Below, piece by piece: positions 47,289 through 56,218 of a DNA stretch of 64,000 bases; the stretch's first letter is position 1; each line of letters starts with the position of its first letter. Below the pieces are notes generated by a model that saw nothing but the letters and a program-made list of their open reading frames with translations, was not told the origin of the DNA and ran no database searches. Source of the DNA: Pedobacter sp. (GTDB lineage: Bacteria; Bacteroidota; Bacteroidia; Sphingobacteriales; Sphingobacteriaceae); the NCBI GenBank assembly GCA_038918115.1, contig JBCLAL010000008.1, positions 73,072 to 137,071 of the forward strand. The letters run 5' to 3'. Position numbers and translations under genes: made by a program.

Positions 47289-48005
47289 ATGGAATCATTA
47301 AGCGGAAAAAACGCAATCATAACAGGAGCCGGAAAGGGCATAGGCAGGGCAGTAGCCATTGAGCTTGCCAATGAGGGTGTAAACATCGGATTAATGGCCA
47401 GAACTGCTGCCGATCTGGAGGCAGTGGCTACCGAACTGCAGGCTTATGGCGTTAAAACAGCCATCGCGACAGTTGATGTTTCGAATATGGAAGAAGTGAA
47501 TGCAGCAGTAGCTAAGGTGAAGACTGAATTGGGTGCTATAGACATCCTGATCAACAATGCCGGTATTTCTTCATTCGGAAAGTTCATGGAACTGGAGCCT
47601 GCAAGATGGGAAGAGATCGTAAAAGTAAATCTTTTCGGTCCTTACTACATGACCCGTGCGGTACTGCCAGACATGATAGAAAGCAAATCGGGCGACATCC
47701 TGAACATCTCTTCAACTGCAGGTAAAAACGGTGCTGCGGTAACCAGCGCATACAGTGCCTCTAAATTTGCGTTGATCGGTATGTCAGAATCATTAATGCA
47801 GGAAGTTCGTAAGCACAACATCCGTGTGAGCACCTTGCTTCCAAGTACGATCGCTACAGATATGGCGAAAGATCTTAAACTTACAGACGGAAATCCAGAG
47901 CGGGTAATGCAACCTGAGGACTTCGCCGAATTTATGGTGTCTCAACTGAAGCTGAACCGACGCGTTTTTGTGAAAGAAGCAGGTTTGTGGTCAACAAACC
48001 CCTAA
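47289..48005 (+). CDS. Short-chain dehydrogenase/reductase (3-ketoacyl-ACP-reductase-like)
   Basis: [17 protein letters not shown]; TAATTTTG -7 box at 47264..47271. Confidence 0.92.
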   Translation: MESLSGKNAIITGAGKGIGRAVAIELANEGVNIGLMARTAADLEAVATELQAYGVKTAIATVDVSNMEEVNAAVAKVKTELGAIDILINNAGISSFGKFMELEPARWEEIVKVNLFGPYYMTRAVLPDMIESKSGDILNISSTAGKNGAAVTSAYSASKFALIGMSESLMQEVRKHNIRVSTLLPSTIATDMAKDLKLTDGNPERVMQPEDFAEFMVSQLKLNRRVFVKEAGLWSTNP

Positions 48006-48021
48006 ACATTACATAAAACAG

Positions 48022-48052
48022 AAAAAGGGGAAATATAGATTTCCCCTTTTTT
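48022..48052. terminator. Bidirectional terminator
   Basis: AAAAAGGGGAAAT-ATAG-ATTTCCCCTTTTT between convergent genes. Confidence 0.88.
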
Positions 48053-48073
48053 TATGTGCCTCTATCAGGCTGA

Positions 48074-48637
48074 TCAGGCATGTTGCCCATCATGTTCGCC
48101 TTCGGCAAATTCTTCAACCATTTTATCGTTGAAAGCAGGCAGGTCGTCCGGACTTCTGCTGGTCACCAATCCCTGGTCAACCACCACTTCTTCATCCACC
48201 CATTCTGCACCGGCATTAACCAGATCTACCTTCACGGTCTGGAATGAGGTTAGCTTACGACCTTTTACCACATCTGCGGTAATCAGCACCTGTGGTGCAT
48301 GGCAAATTGCTGCCACTGGTTTTCCGGCGGCAAAGAAGGCTTTTACGAGGCTGATTGCTTCATCACTGCGCCTTAAGGAATCAGGGTTTAACACACCACC
48401 AGGTAAAAGTAAACCATGGTAGTCTTCTGCTTTCACGTCAGCAACGGTTTTGTCTACATCAAGCTCAATTGTCCAGTCCTTGTCGCCTTTCATAGCCTGG
48501 ATCTTTCCCGAGTCTGTAGAGATGATATGTACGGTTGCACCTTCTTCTTTCAGGCGTTGTACCGGACTGGTAAGTTCCGATTCTTCAAATCCGCTTGCCG
48601 CAAGCACCGCAATGTTCTTATTATTTAATTGTCCCAT
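48074..48637 (-). CDS. pfpI: PfpI/DJ-1 family protein (type 1 glutamine amidotransferase domain)
   Basis: GFEESEL, LLLPGG, AAICHAP, LVTSRSPDDL. Confidence 0.93.
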   Translation of the reverse strand: MGQLNNKNIAVLAASGFEESELTSPVQRLKEEGATVHIISTDSGKIQAMKGDKDWTIELDVDKTVADVKAEDYHGLLLPGGVLNPDSLRRSDEAISLVKAFFAAGKPVAAICHAPQVLITADVVKGRKLTSFQTVKVDLVNAGAEWVDEEVVVDQGLVTSRSPDDLPAFNDKMVEEFAEGEHDGQHA

Positions 48638-48673
48638 CGTTTTTGTATTTAGGTTAAAAACTTAGTGGTATAA

Positions 48674-48698
48674 AGACAAGTCAGGAAGAGGATTGTTT
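48674..48698 (-). promoter_or_regulatory. AAAC-N15-TTGT motif, copy 5, for pfpI
   Basis: Minus strand AAAC AATCCTCTTCCTGAC TTGTCT, ending 36 nt before ATG 48637. Confidence 0.6.
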
Positions 48699-50306
48699 GC
48701 GCGAATTGATGGAAAGGAGGTAGACGTCAGCTCCAGGACAGCTTCTGCACAAGATCGTGGTTCGGCCGTAGTTCGGCCGTGCTGCATTTATATGTGGTTC
48801 TTTCAATACCAGATCAGCGAGGCGCATTTGATTCTGAGATTCTGGATCGACACGTTTAGATAGGCTATCCCTCCGATTTTTGAAGCTTTCTATAACGTTT
48901 TCTTCTATAGCATCAGGGCCAGGAAACAAGTTTGCGCCCATGAGCACTAATTTTTCCACCTTTTCCGGATGCCTTAATGCAAAAATCAACGCCGTATTTC
49001 CACCGTCACTCCAGCCAAGTAAGCTGGCCTTTCTTATCGATAGGGAATCCATCACTACTGAAAGGTCATCAGCAAATTGTTCGTAAGTGTAGGGTGATAC
49101 CCTGTTGTTGGTGCTGTTACCCTGGCCCCTTGTGTCCAGGGTAATTACTCTGAAACACCGGGATAGTGGTTCAATCTGTTCTCTAAATGAATTGATGCCC
49201 TCATTATTCCCATGCAACAAGAACAAGGGGCTGCCTTTGCCATATGATTCGTAATAAATTTCCCCTTTATCAACCTTAATACGTTTACCTCGATTGTTCC
49301 CGTATACTAGGACTTTTAATGCAGGATTGTTCTGGATGATTTCAGCCTCACTGCCCGGCTGACTATCGGCTACATTTTCCTTGCTTCTCTTTATTGAGGA
49401 TGCCTCAAGCGCTACAAGCAGATAAGAACCTGATACCTTTTGCCAAGGTGCTTCTCCTTTAATCCTGTACAGGCTTGAGCGTAATGGTCCGGGAAATGAC
49501 GGTATAAAGAATGCCGACTGCGTGCTTTCGCCTGGCAATGGTTCCAAATCTAAAATGGCCAAAGAAACAGCTATTTCTTTTCTCCCCTGTATGTTTATTT
49601 CGTAAGGCCGTAAGTCTACACTTTGAGTATTTGGCATGCCTGTCTCTGTGGTCCCCTCTATATCAAAAACTACATCTTTGTGAAGGATAGATTGATCCGG
49701 CAACCCCTCTTTAACACTATAGATGTTCATTCTAACTTTAATCTTCCTAAAGGTTCTGCGGTTTATTTTAAAACTTAGCTTCTTTAAAAATACATTTTGA
49801 TCTATTTTCAAAACTGTAGCCTGCTCGCGCCCTTTCTCATCACTGTGTTTTGGTATATTCTTATACATCGCCGGAAAGAATACAATACTTGCATTTGAAC
49901 GGCCATAACTTTTGACTTGACCAGGTTTTGCTTTGATGTCCACCATCTCAAGGATCTGTGGTGATTCATTTAGCTTGATGATCCTTTCTGTTCTTAAAAA
50001 AGAGTTCCAGTCCATCTTTACCCTTTTGTAGCCAACAGCTGAAAAGAAAATTGAATCCCTTTCCGCGATGTCAGCGGGGAGGTAGGAAAGTGAATATTGG
50101 CCTATAGAATCAGAAACCGTACCTATAGGCTTGTTCTTAATTCCTATGCTTACGTATGGCAGTGGCAAGCCAGATTGCCCATCAAGGGTTACGCCCTTTA
50201 ATATGTTGGATTGGGCACGAGCATTATTTCCGAAAGTTTGTAATACATAGATAGAAAGGAATATGAGCCTTAAGGTACTACGGAATAACAGAATGGATTG
50301 ACGCAT
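48681..50306 (-). pseudogene. Carboxypeptidase-regulatory-like domain fused to an alpha/beta hydrolase, apparently 3'-truncated
   Basis: Signal peptide, LPYVSIGIK...GTVSD..G, then LLHG, DTRGQG, GWSDGG. Recognisable hydrolase sequence stops at EPHINAA, before the catalytic Asp/His region; the last codons run through a 10-bp repeat and the pfpI promoter motif. Confidence 0.6.
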
Positions 50307-50704
50307 GACTAACCAGATTGGTTGCCAAATATTATCAAACGGTGAACAAGAACGAAAAAATTAACCTAATTTAACATCCAGATTTATACCTAGGACAATT
50401 ATCTTTATTATTTTGAACAGGTGAAAATAACTGCTAGTTGGCAACGAGAATACCACCTCAAAAAACGAATATTTCACCTTTGGCCTAACGCTGCTGAACA
50501 AAGTTCGATTAGCTTACACCGTTGTAAGTAAGGAGGAGTATCAACTCAAAAAGTATCAGAAATGGTAGATAAGAAATTGCTAGATTAGATATGTGAACTC
50601 ACCATTTGTTGCTTGGCAGTATATACATACATCAAGATTTTTGAATATGTATGATTGATAATCAGAGGAATACTAACATTTCAAACAAGTTTCGCTGTTT
50701 TCTG

Positions 50705-51796
50705 CTACTTGGGTAAGGCGATCATCTGAATAACACTGCCCTGTTGAATTTCGTCCGAGCCGGGTAGTCCTACATTTGGATGCACTCCGATGTATAAGAC
50801 ATTCTCATAGAGTGCAATGCCGAGAGGATCATGTAAATCAACACTATCAGCAGGCCCTTCAGTAGGCGCGCCATATATATCGTGAACTGGTACGCCTGCA
50901 ACTACACTAACAGTACCGTTTGATGACACTTTTTTTATTTGATTATCGCTGGCAATTAAAAAACTTCCATCAGCCAAGGGCAACAAGCTATCATTCTTAA
51001 CATTAATATCTTTCTTTACCAAGGTCACAGTGCCTTTTGAACTTATTCTATAGATGCCGGTACCTGCTGCATAAATTGTTTTATTCATAACAGCCAAACT
51101 CCTGATATTCCAAGGAGATGAAAGCGTACCAACCGGGCCTTTGGTCAGTGTACTTACCACACCTGCGCGCGAAATCTTACGGATTAGGCAATCACTGTCG
51201 AGCCCTCCACTCTGGTCATCAATCACATAGATTGCTCCGTCTTCACACACTGCAATTGCTGTCGGCCTCCGAAATAAAGCTGTTTTAGCCGGTCCATCCC
51301 GATACCCTCTTGCATCCATGCCCGCAACAGTTGTAACCCTACCTTCTTTGGTGACTTTGCGAATTTTACTAAATTCAGCAACGTAAAGGTTTCCGTCCGG
51401 ACCTAGGGCAATTCCGCTTGGGGACCGAAGAACAGCCTGCGTTCCTAAACCATCCACGGATTCTCCCCCTCCGCTACCAGCCAAGGTTGTAACGCTTCGG
51501 TCACTAATCTTAATTTTGCGGATTAGATTTGGATCTAACGCATATATATATCCATCATCTGCGACCATTTGACTCACTTCTAAGAACCCGGCCTGGTCGC
51601 CAATCCCATTATTCTGATTCCTGTAAAATGAATTACCCGCCAACGTATACACATAGTTCGGGGTCAAGCCTGTGACAGCTGTTGCATTAGTAAATTCCTG
51701 CACTGCGTTGTTAGTAGCTGGCACATCCTTCTCACAACTAAGTAAAGTGCTTGACACAGATAGAGCTGCAAGCATAAAAACATACATCTTTTTCAT
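50705..51796 (-). CDS. NHL-repeat beta-propeller lipoprotein
   Basis: MKKMY...LLSC lipobox (ATG 51796 preferred); TLAG.G...DG....A....P.GIA...DGNLYVA repeats. Confidence 0.85.
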   Translation of the reverse strand: MKKMYVFMLAALSVSSTLLSCEKDVPATNNAVQEFTNATAVTGLTPNYVYTLAGNSFYRNQNNGIGDQAGFLEVSQMVADDGYIYALDPNLIRKIKISDRSVTTLAGSGGGESVDGLGTQAVLRSPSGIALGPDGNLYVAEFSKIRKVTKEGRVTTVAGMDARGYRDGPAKTALFRRPTAIAVCEDGAIYVIDDQSGGLDSDCLIRKISRAGVVSTLTKGPVGTLSSPWNIRSLAVMNKTIYAAGTGIYRISSKGTVTLVKKDINVKNDSLLPLADGSFLIASDNQIKKVSSNGTVSVVAGVPVHDIYGAPTEGPADSVDLHDPLGIALYENVLYIGVHPNVGLPGSDEIQQGSVIQMIALPK

Positions 51797-52060
51797 AATC
51801 AGTTCATTAGGGTCTTTTTTATTAAAAATACCCATAGTTTAACCAGGTTTTAAATAGCAAGGAGATAAACAAGTCACAAGCCAACATTATTTTTAAAAAA
51901 CGAACCTTTAGTATGGGCGCCTTACCTCAATACATTGTATCATTAAAGTAACCGAACGGTTATTCTTCAGTGCTGATCAACAATTAAGGTGTCTATTTTT
52001 GGTAACCCCTGTATTTGGGCCTCAGTGGTACCTACCAGAAAAGCCCTTGCTAAATAATAA

Positions 52061-52861
52061 TCATGGTGCTAACGTGTATCTAATGTTCGCCATTGCAATC
52101 CCTTTATGTGTGATACTGAGATCTTCAATTGGGCTATGATTAGAGAAAATTGTTACCACATTGAAAGGCTTCTCAGCCTGCACATTAAACAGCTGCGCTT
52201 CAGAAGGCGTTTTAACGGGAAAGGTTATGTCGCCCCCATTTGAGTCCCGCAAGAAGTTTCCAACGGCGACTCTAAATGTAAAATTCTTGTTCTGTCTGTT
52301 CGGTGAAAGTTCAAAGCCGAATTCCAGGCAGGGTTTAGACAAGACGATCATAAAGGTTTCTCTAAACTCAGACATAAACAAGATTTCTGGATGTTCATTC
52401 TCTACGTTAGGCAAGGTGTTCCAATGCGCAGTCCAACCCTGTGGCGATGGTGTTGTAGGTTTTAATCTCCTGACATGGATTGCCTTACCATTTCCATCTC
52501 CGCTGAAAAATGCAATGTTCAGGCCGGTTGAATTTATTTGATGGTAAGTCTTTCCTTCCTCCAGCTGTGCGATTGGGAGGAGAGATGTTCGTTCGATATA
52601 GAACTGATTAGGGCTACCGTTCGAACTAGAGGAGGTTCCCGCAAGAGGCGGATACGGAGGAAGTGGAATCGGTATCGGCTGTCCCGGTTCAATACCGGGT
52701 TCTAGTGTACCATCTGGTACCTCGGGCACGGTGAGTGGAAATCCAGTAGAGACTGCGCCTATTTCAGCATGCTCTCCAATGTTGCTTTCAACTTTTGAAC
52801 AACCCGAAGCAGCAAATAGGCATGCTGCAGCAAGGAACCATCTGACAGTAAATCTTTTCAT
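52061..52861 (-). CDS. Uncharacterised lipoprotein, paralog A
   Basis: Lipobox ASGC, Pro-rich linker, C-terminal domain clearly homologous to 52883..53671. Confidence 0.8.
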   Translation of the reverse strand: MKRFTVRWFLAAACLFAASGCSKVESNIGEHAEIGAVSTGFPLTVPEVPDGTLEPGIEPGQPIPIPLPPYPPLAGTSSSSNGSPNQFYIERTSLLPIAQLEEGKTYHQINSTGLNIAFFSGDGNGKAIHVRRLKPTTPSPQGWTAHWNTLPNVENEHPEILFMSEFRETFMIVLSKPCLEFGFELSPNRQNKNFTFRVAVGNFLRDSNGGDITFPVKTPSEAQLFNVQAEKPFNVVTIFSNHSPIEDLSITHKGIAMANIRYTLAP

Positions 52862-52882
52862 AATTTTTTAATTAATGAACTT

Positions 52883-53671
52883 TTATTCAGCCAGTTTATA
52901 CCTGATATTAGCCAATGCTACGCCATCGTGTGTGATGCTCAAATCTTCTCCTGCTTCCCTGTAACGTGAAACTGTGATCACGGAAAAAGGAGCAGTGGCT
53001 TGAACGCTGTATAACCGGGCTCCGTTTGGGGTTCTGGTAAGCATTGCCGTGCCGCCTCTTGTTTCATCGAAATAATAGTTTCCAACATAAAATCGGAAAC
53101 CAAAATTTTTATTCTGCCTGTTTGGTGCAAGTTCAAATCCAAATTCAATACAGGGCTTAGATAAGATAATCATGAAGGCTTCTCTAAATTCAGCAACAAA
53201 CAAGACTTCAGGATGCTTGCTTTGTGTTTGATTCAAATTATTCCAAGTGCAGGTCCAACCATAAGGGGCCGGGGTTGTTGGCTTCAGCCTCCTGACCTTT
53301 ATCGCTTTTCCGTCGCCATCGCCGCTAAAAAAAGCCATATTTAAAGCCGGAGTATTCAACTGGTGATAAGTCTTCCCTTCCTCTAAAAAGCTGAAATTAA
53401 AACGATTTGTTCTGGTCAGGTATTCAGGGGTCGGTACGTTAGCGTTATTCCACTCCGTGGTTCGGAATGGCGGATCGGGCGGGATCGGAATGGAGAGTGG
53501 ATTGCCGGGCTCTATACCTGGTTCCGGTGTGTTGCCTGGTACATTTGGAATGGTAAGCGGATTGTCTGCGGCTACACTTCTAATTGGCACATTCGCTACA
53601 GCACCCCAGAAGAGTGCAGTTACACTTATACAGGCCGCAGCAAAGCAGCATTTAACAATGAACTTTTTCAT
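52883..53671 (-). CDS. Uncharacterised secreted protein, paralog B
   Basis: Signal peptide without a Cys at the paralog-A lipobox position; same linker and domain as paralog A. Confidence 0.8.
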   Translation of the reverse strand: MKKFIVKCCFAAACISVTALFWGAVANVPIRSVAADNPLTIPNVPGNTPEPGIEPGNPLSIPIPPDPPFRTTEWNNANVPTPEYLTRTNRFNFSFLEEGKTYHQLNTPALNMAFFSGDGDGKAIKVRRLKPTTPAPYGWTCTWNNLNQTQSKHPEVLFVAEFREAFMIILSKPCIEFGFELAPNRQNKNFGFRFYVGNYYFDETRGGTAMLTRTPNGARLYSVQATAPFSVITVSRYREAGEDLSITHDGVALANIRYKLAE

Positions 53672-53807
53672 AACCTCATTAAGCTAAACCAAATGGACGG
53701 TGATAAAGACGAGCTCATCAATGTTGCACTAACATTCAGGCTTCGCCTCTAACGCTTAAATCTCTGTATAGAAAAATTGTATTTCAATCGCTAGTTGTAG
53801 GTATTCT

Positions 53808-54275
53808 TTAGCTTTGTTCCACTTGATATCTTTCTACTAGTCCATTTTCATTCATTATAATAACCAAGAAATTAGGATCAATAGTTGACCAGCCAACTGG
53901 GTAATGAAGTGTGAACACAGGCTTTGCATGTAATTTATTGAAAGTATCTCTCTCAGTCACTATCTTTTCCAGGTTTTCTGGCTTAAGGTTGTCAGGGTTT
54001 GAAAACGAAATTGAATCTGGTATAACAATGTTTTTAGGTAATCTTTGTTCAATACCTTCTTTGTAGGGCTTTCCGAGTAATTCTAAGACCTCTTCTTTTG
54101 ACATCCCAGGTTTTAACTTGTTCTTCATCAAATCATTCACCATTCCTGCTCTTGGATTGGAATTATCTTCCGCCTGTGGATGCTTAATCCACAATGCGCT
54201 ATCGAATCTAGACGAAGGATTGCAACTAAATAGGTGAGCAATGAGGAGAACGGCCGCGAATTTGTTCAAATACAT
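53808..54275 (-). CDS. SmpA/OmlA(BamE)-like lipoprotein
   Basis: MYLNKF...LFSC lipobox (ATG 54275 preferred); LKPGMSKEEVLELLGKP motif. Confidence 0.7.
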   Translation of the reverse strand: MYLNKFAAVLLIAHLFSCNPSSRFDSALWIKHPQAEDNSNPRAGMVNDLMKNKLKPGMSKEEVLELLGKPYKEGIEQRLPKNIVIPDSISFSNPDNLKPENLEKIVTERDTFNKLHAKPVFTLHYPVGWSTIDPNFLVIIMNENGLVERYQVEQS

Positions 54276-54372
54276 GATCTGTGAAGGTTTTATCTTTAAG
54301 ATGAGCGGCCATAAGCGACTATCGATCATCCTTAAATGATTATATTAGAGGTAAATACTTCTTTTAGCTGTC

Positions 54373-55680
54373 ATGAAACCGTTACTAACCATGCTCTGCA
54401 TCCTATTCTCTATCAACCTTAGTCAGGGACAGAACAGCAGAATTGTTACAACTGATATTATAAACTTCTGGACGGCTTACGATCAAATAAACTCGACTAA
54501 AGATACAAGTAAACAGTACGCATATATCGATAAATTATTTCTAAGTAAAGGTACGCCAGGTTTAAAAGCCTTAATGAAAGTAAGAGACTATACAGCAAAA
54601 TCGTATGTTGATGCCATTCATCAATATCCTTTATTTTGGCAGTCAATCAGGGAAAACACACTGAAGGCTCCAAGTTTCGCAACTGCTATCAACGGAGGAA
54701 TCAGAAAGCTGAAGAAATTATATCCCGAGCTGAGGCCTGCTACGATCTATTTCAGTATTGGTGCGTTACGCACAAGCGGAACGACCCAAAAAGATCAAAT
54801 ATTAATTGGGAGCGAACTGGCACTCGCAGACCCAACTACCAATACAAAAGAGTTTCCAGAGAATTTAGCGCACCTAAAGCCGTTCTTTGAAAGTAATCCT
54901 ATAAAATCGGTTGTATTTCTCAATTTGCATGAGTTCGTGCATACCCAGCAAAAAACTACTATCGGAAATTCGCTTTTGGCGCAATGTGTAATGGAAGGTG
55001 TTGCGGAGTTGTTGGCCGTTCAAGCCACTGGGCAAGCATCCTCAACACCTGCATTGACTTACGGACATATAAATAATGTACGAATCAGAGCGGTTTTTTC
55101 TAATCAGATGTTCTCCGCTGATAACAGGTTTTGGCTGTACAGTAATCGTAACAGTGAGTTTGGTATGCGAGACCTGGGCTACTATGTTGGATACGCCATT
55201 TGCCAGGGATATTATCTGAATGCCAGGGAGAAAAATCAGGCAATTAAGACAATGATCGAACTTGACTACAACGATGAACAAGCACTGAACCGATTCGTAG
55301 ATCAGTCCGGATATTTTGAACAGCCGGTCTCAAAGATTCGTGACAACTATGAAAAGGAGCGACCAAAAGTTACCAAAGTTGTTGAATTGAATAATTTAGC
55401 CAGTAATGTAGATCCAGGAATCCGCGTGATTACCATTGAATTCTCAACCCCGATGAATCCTTCCTTTCGTGGCTTCGAATTTGGCCCTTTAGGTGAGTCA
55501 AATGCCCTCCGGATTAAGCGCTTTATTGCCTTTTCCGAGGATCGTAAAAGCATTAAAATAGAGGTTGAGATGAAGCCCGCTCAGCGGTATCAACTCCTGA
55601 TTTCAGATAGATTTGAAGATGTAGAGGGCCGGTCTTTAACTCCTTACCTTATTGACTTTACGACTGGCACAGGAAAATAG
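54373..55680 (+). CDS. Secreted putative Zn-dependent peptidase (DUF2268-like gluzincin) with C-terminal Ig-like domain
   Basis: Signal peptide; HEFVH...EGVAE; GYYVGY; C-terminal VDPG...ITIEFSTPMN beta-sandwich. Confidence 0.75.
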   Translation: MKPLLTMLCILFSINLSQGQNSRIVTTDIINFWTAYDQINSTKDTSKQYAYIDKLFLSKGTPGLKALMKVRDYTAKSYVDAIHQYPLFWQSIRENTLKAPSFATAINGGIRKLKKLYPELRPATIYFSIGALRTSGTTQKDQILIGSELALADPTTNTKEFPENLAHLKPFFESNPIKSVVFLNLHEFVHTQQKTTIGNSLLAQCVMEGVAELLAVQATGQASSTPALTYGHINNVRIRAVFSNQMFSADNRFWLYSNRNSEFGMRDLGYYVGYAICQGYYLNAREKNQAIKTMIELDYNDEQALNRFVDQSGYFEQPVSKIRDNYEKERPKVTKVVELNNLASNVDPGIRVITIEFSTPMNPSFRGFEFGPLGESNALRIKRFIAFSEDRKSIKIEVEMKPAQRYQLLISDRFEDVEGRSLTPYLIDFTTGTGK

Positions 55681-55902
55681 TTAAGAAACTCTTTTGTCAT
55701 CCAAACCCATGGATCTCTGCAAAAAGGAGCTTTTTGGGAGGGGTATTTGTATCAAAACTGTTATGCTGAGGGCGTTTATTTGCGATTTATATTAAAATAA
55801 TATTTCTATTATTGCTTTATAAAGTCTTTTCATTTAAAAAAATCCAATTAAAACTCCTTTTTGTATCCACATGGCTGAAAATCCAAGCTTTTATCATCCT
55901 AG

Positions 55903-55914
55903 TAAAACGTTTTA
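55903..55914. promoter_or_regulatory. LacI-family-type operator palindrome
   Basis: TAAAACGTTTTA perfect palindrome with central CG, in the leader of the SusC/D locus. Confidence 0.45.
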
Positions 55915-56218
55915 TCTTTTTCAGTTCGGCATTTCCCATTAATAATCGATTAATTTTAAACTATGAACATATTTCTACGCAAAGCCTTTTTCTCCAAACC
56001 ACAAGCTTTCTCTAAGTCCGTAACCTGATTAGAGAGAGAGATACTTAATACATGAAAACGCCGCCGCAGGTTGGCCTTTCTGTGTAGCTTCTAAATCGAA
56101 AGCTAGTAACGCATTTTATTACCCCTTAACAGGGGACAATTGATTTAACCAAGGCCTTGGTTGAGTCCGGGGATTGTTATGCCTTTTTTTAACCATAATC
56201 AACTAAAACAATTAATTT

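Noticed and set aside
50307-50704. Possible hidden gene in the 400-bp AT-rich gap
   Set aside because: Only short frames (about 36 codons) with no recognisable product; treated as intergenic or remnant DNA.
55700-55770. AAAC...GTTATGC after the peptidase gene as another attC site
   Set aside because: No L-box pairing and no match to the other arms; compatible with chance or a weak terminator.
55812-56015. 67-aa ORF in the susC leader
   Set aside because: TTG start with AT-rich F/L/K composition typical of non-coding DNA.
56031-56041. (AG)5 microsatellite as a phase-variation switch
   Set aside because: Too short, and not placed within a coding frame or a mapped promoter spacer.
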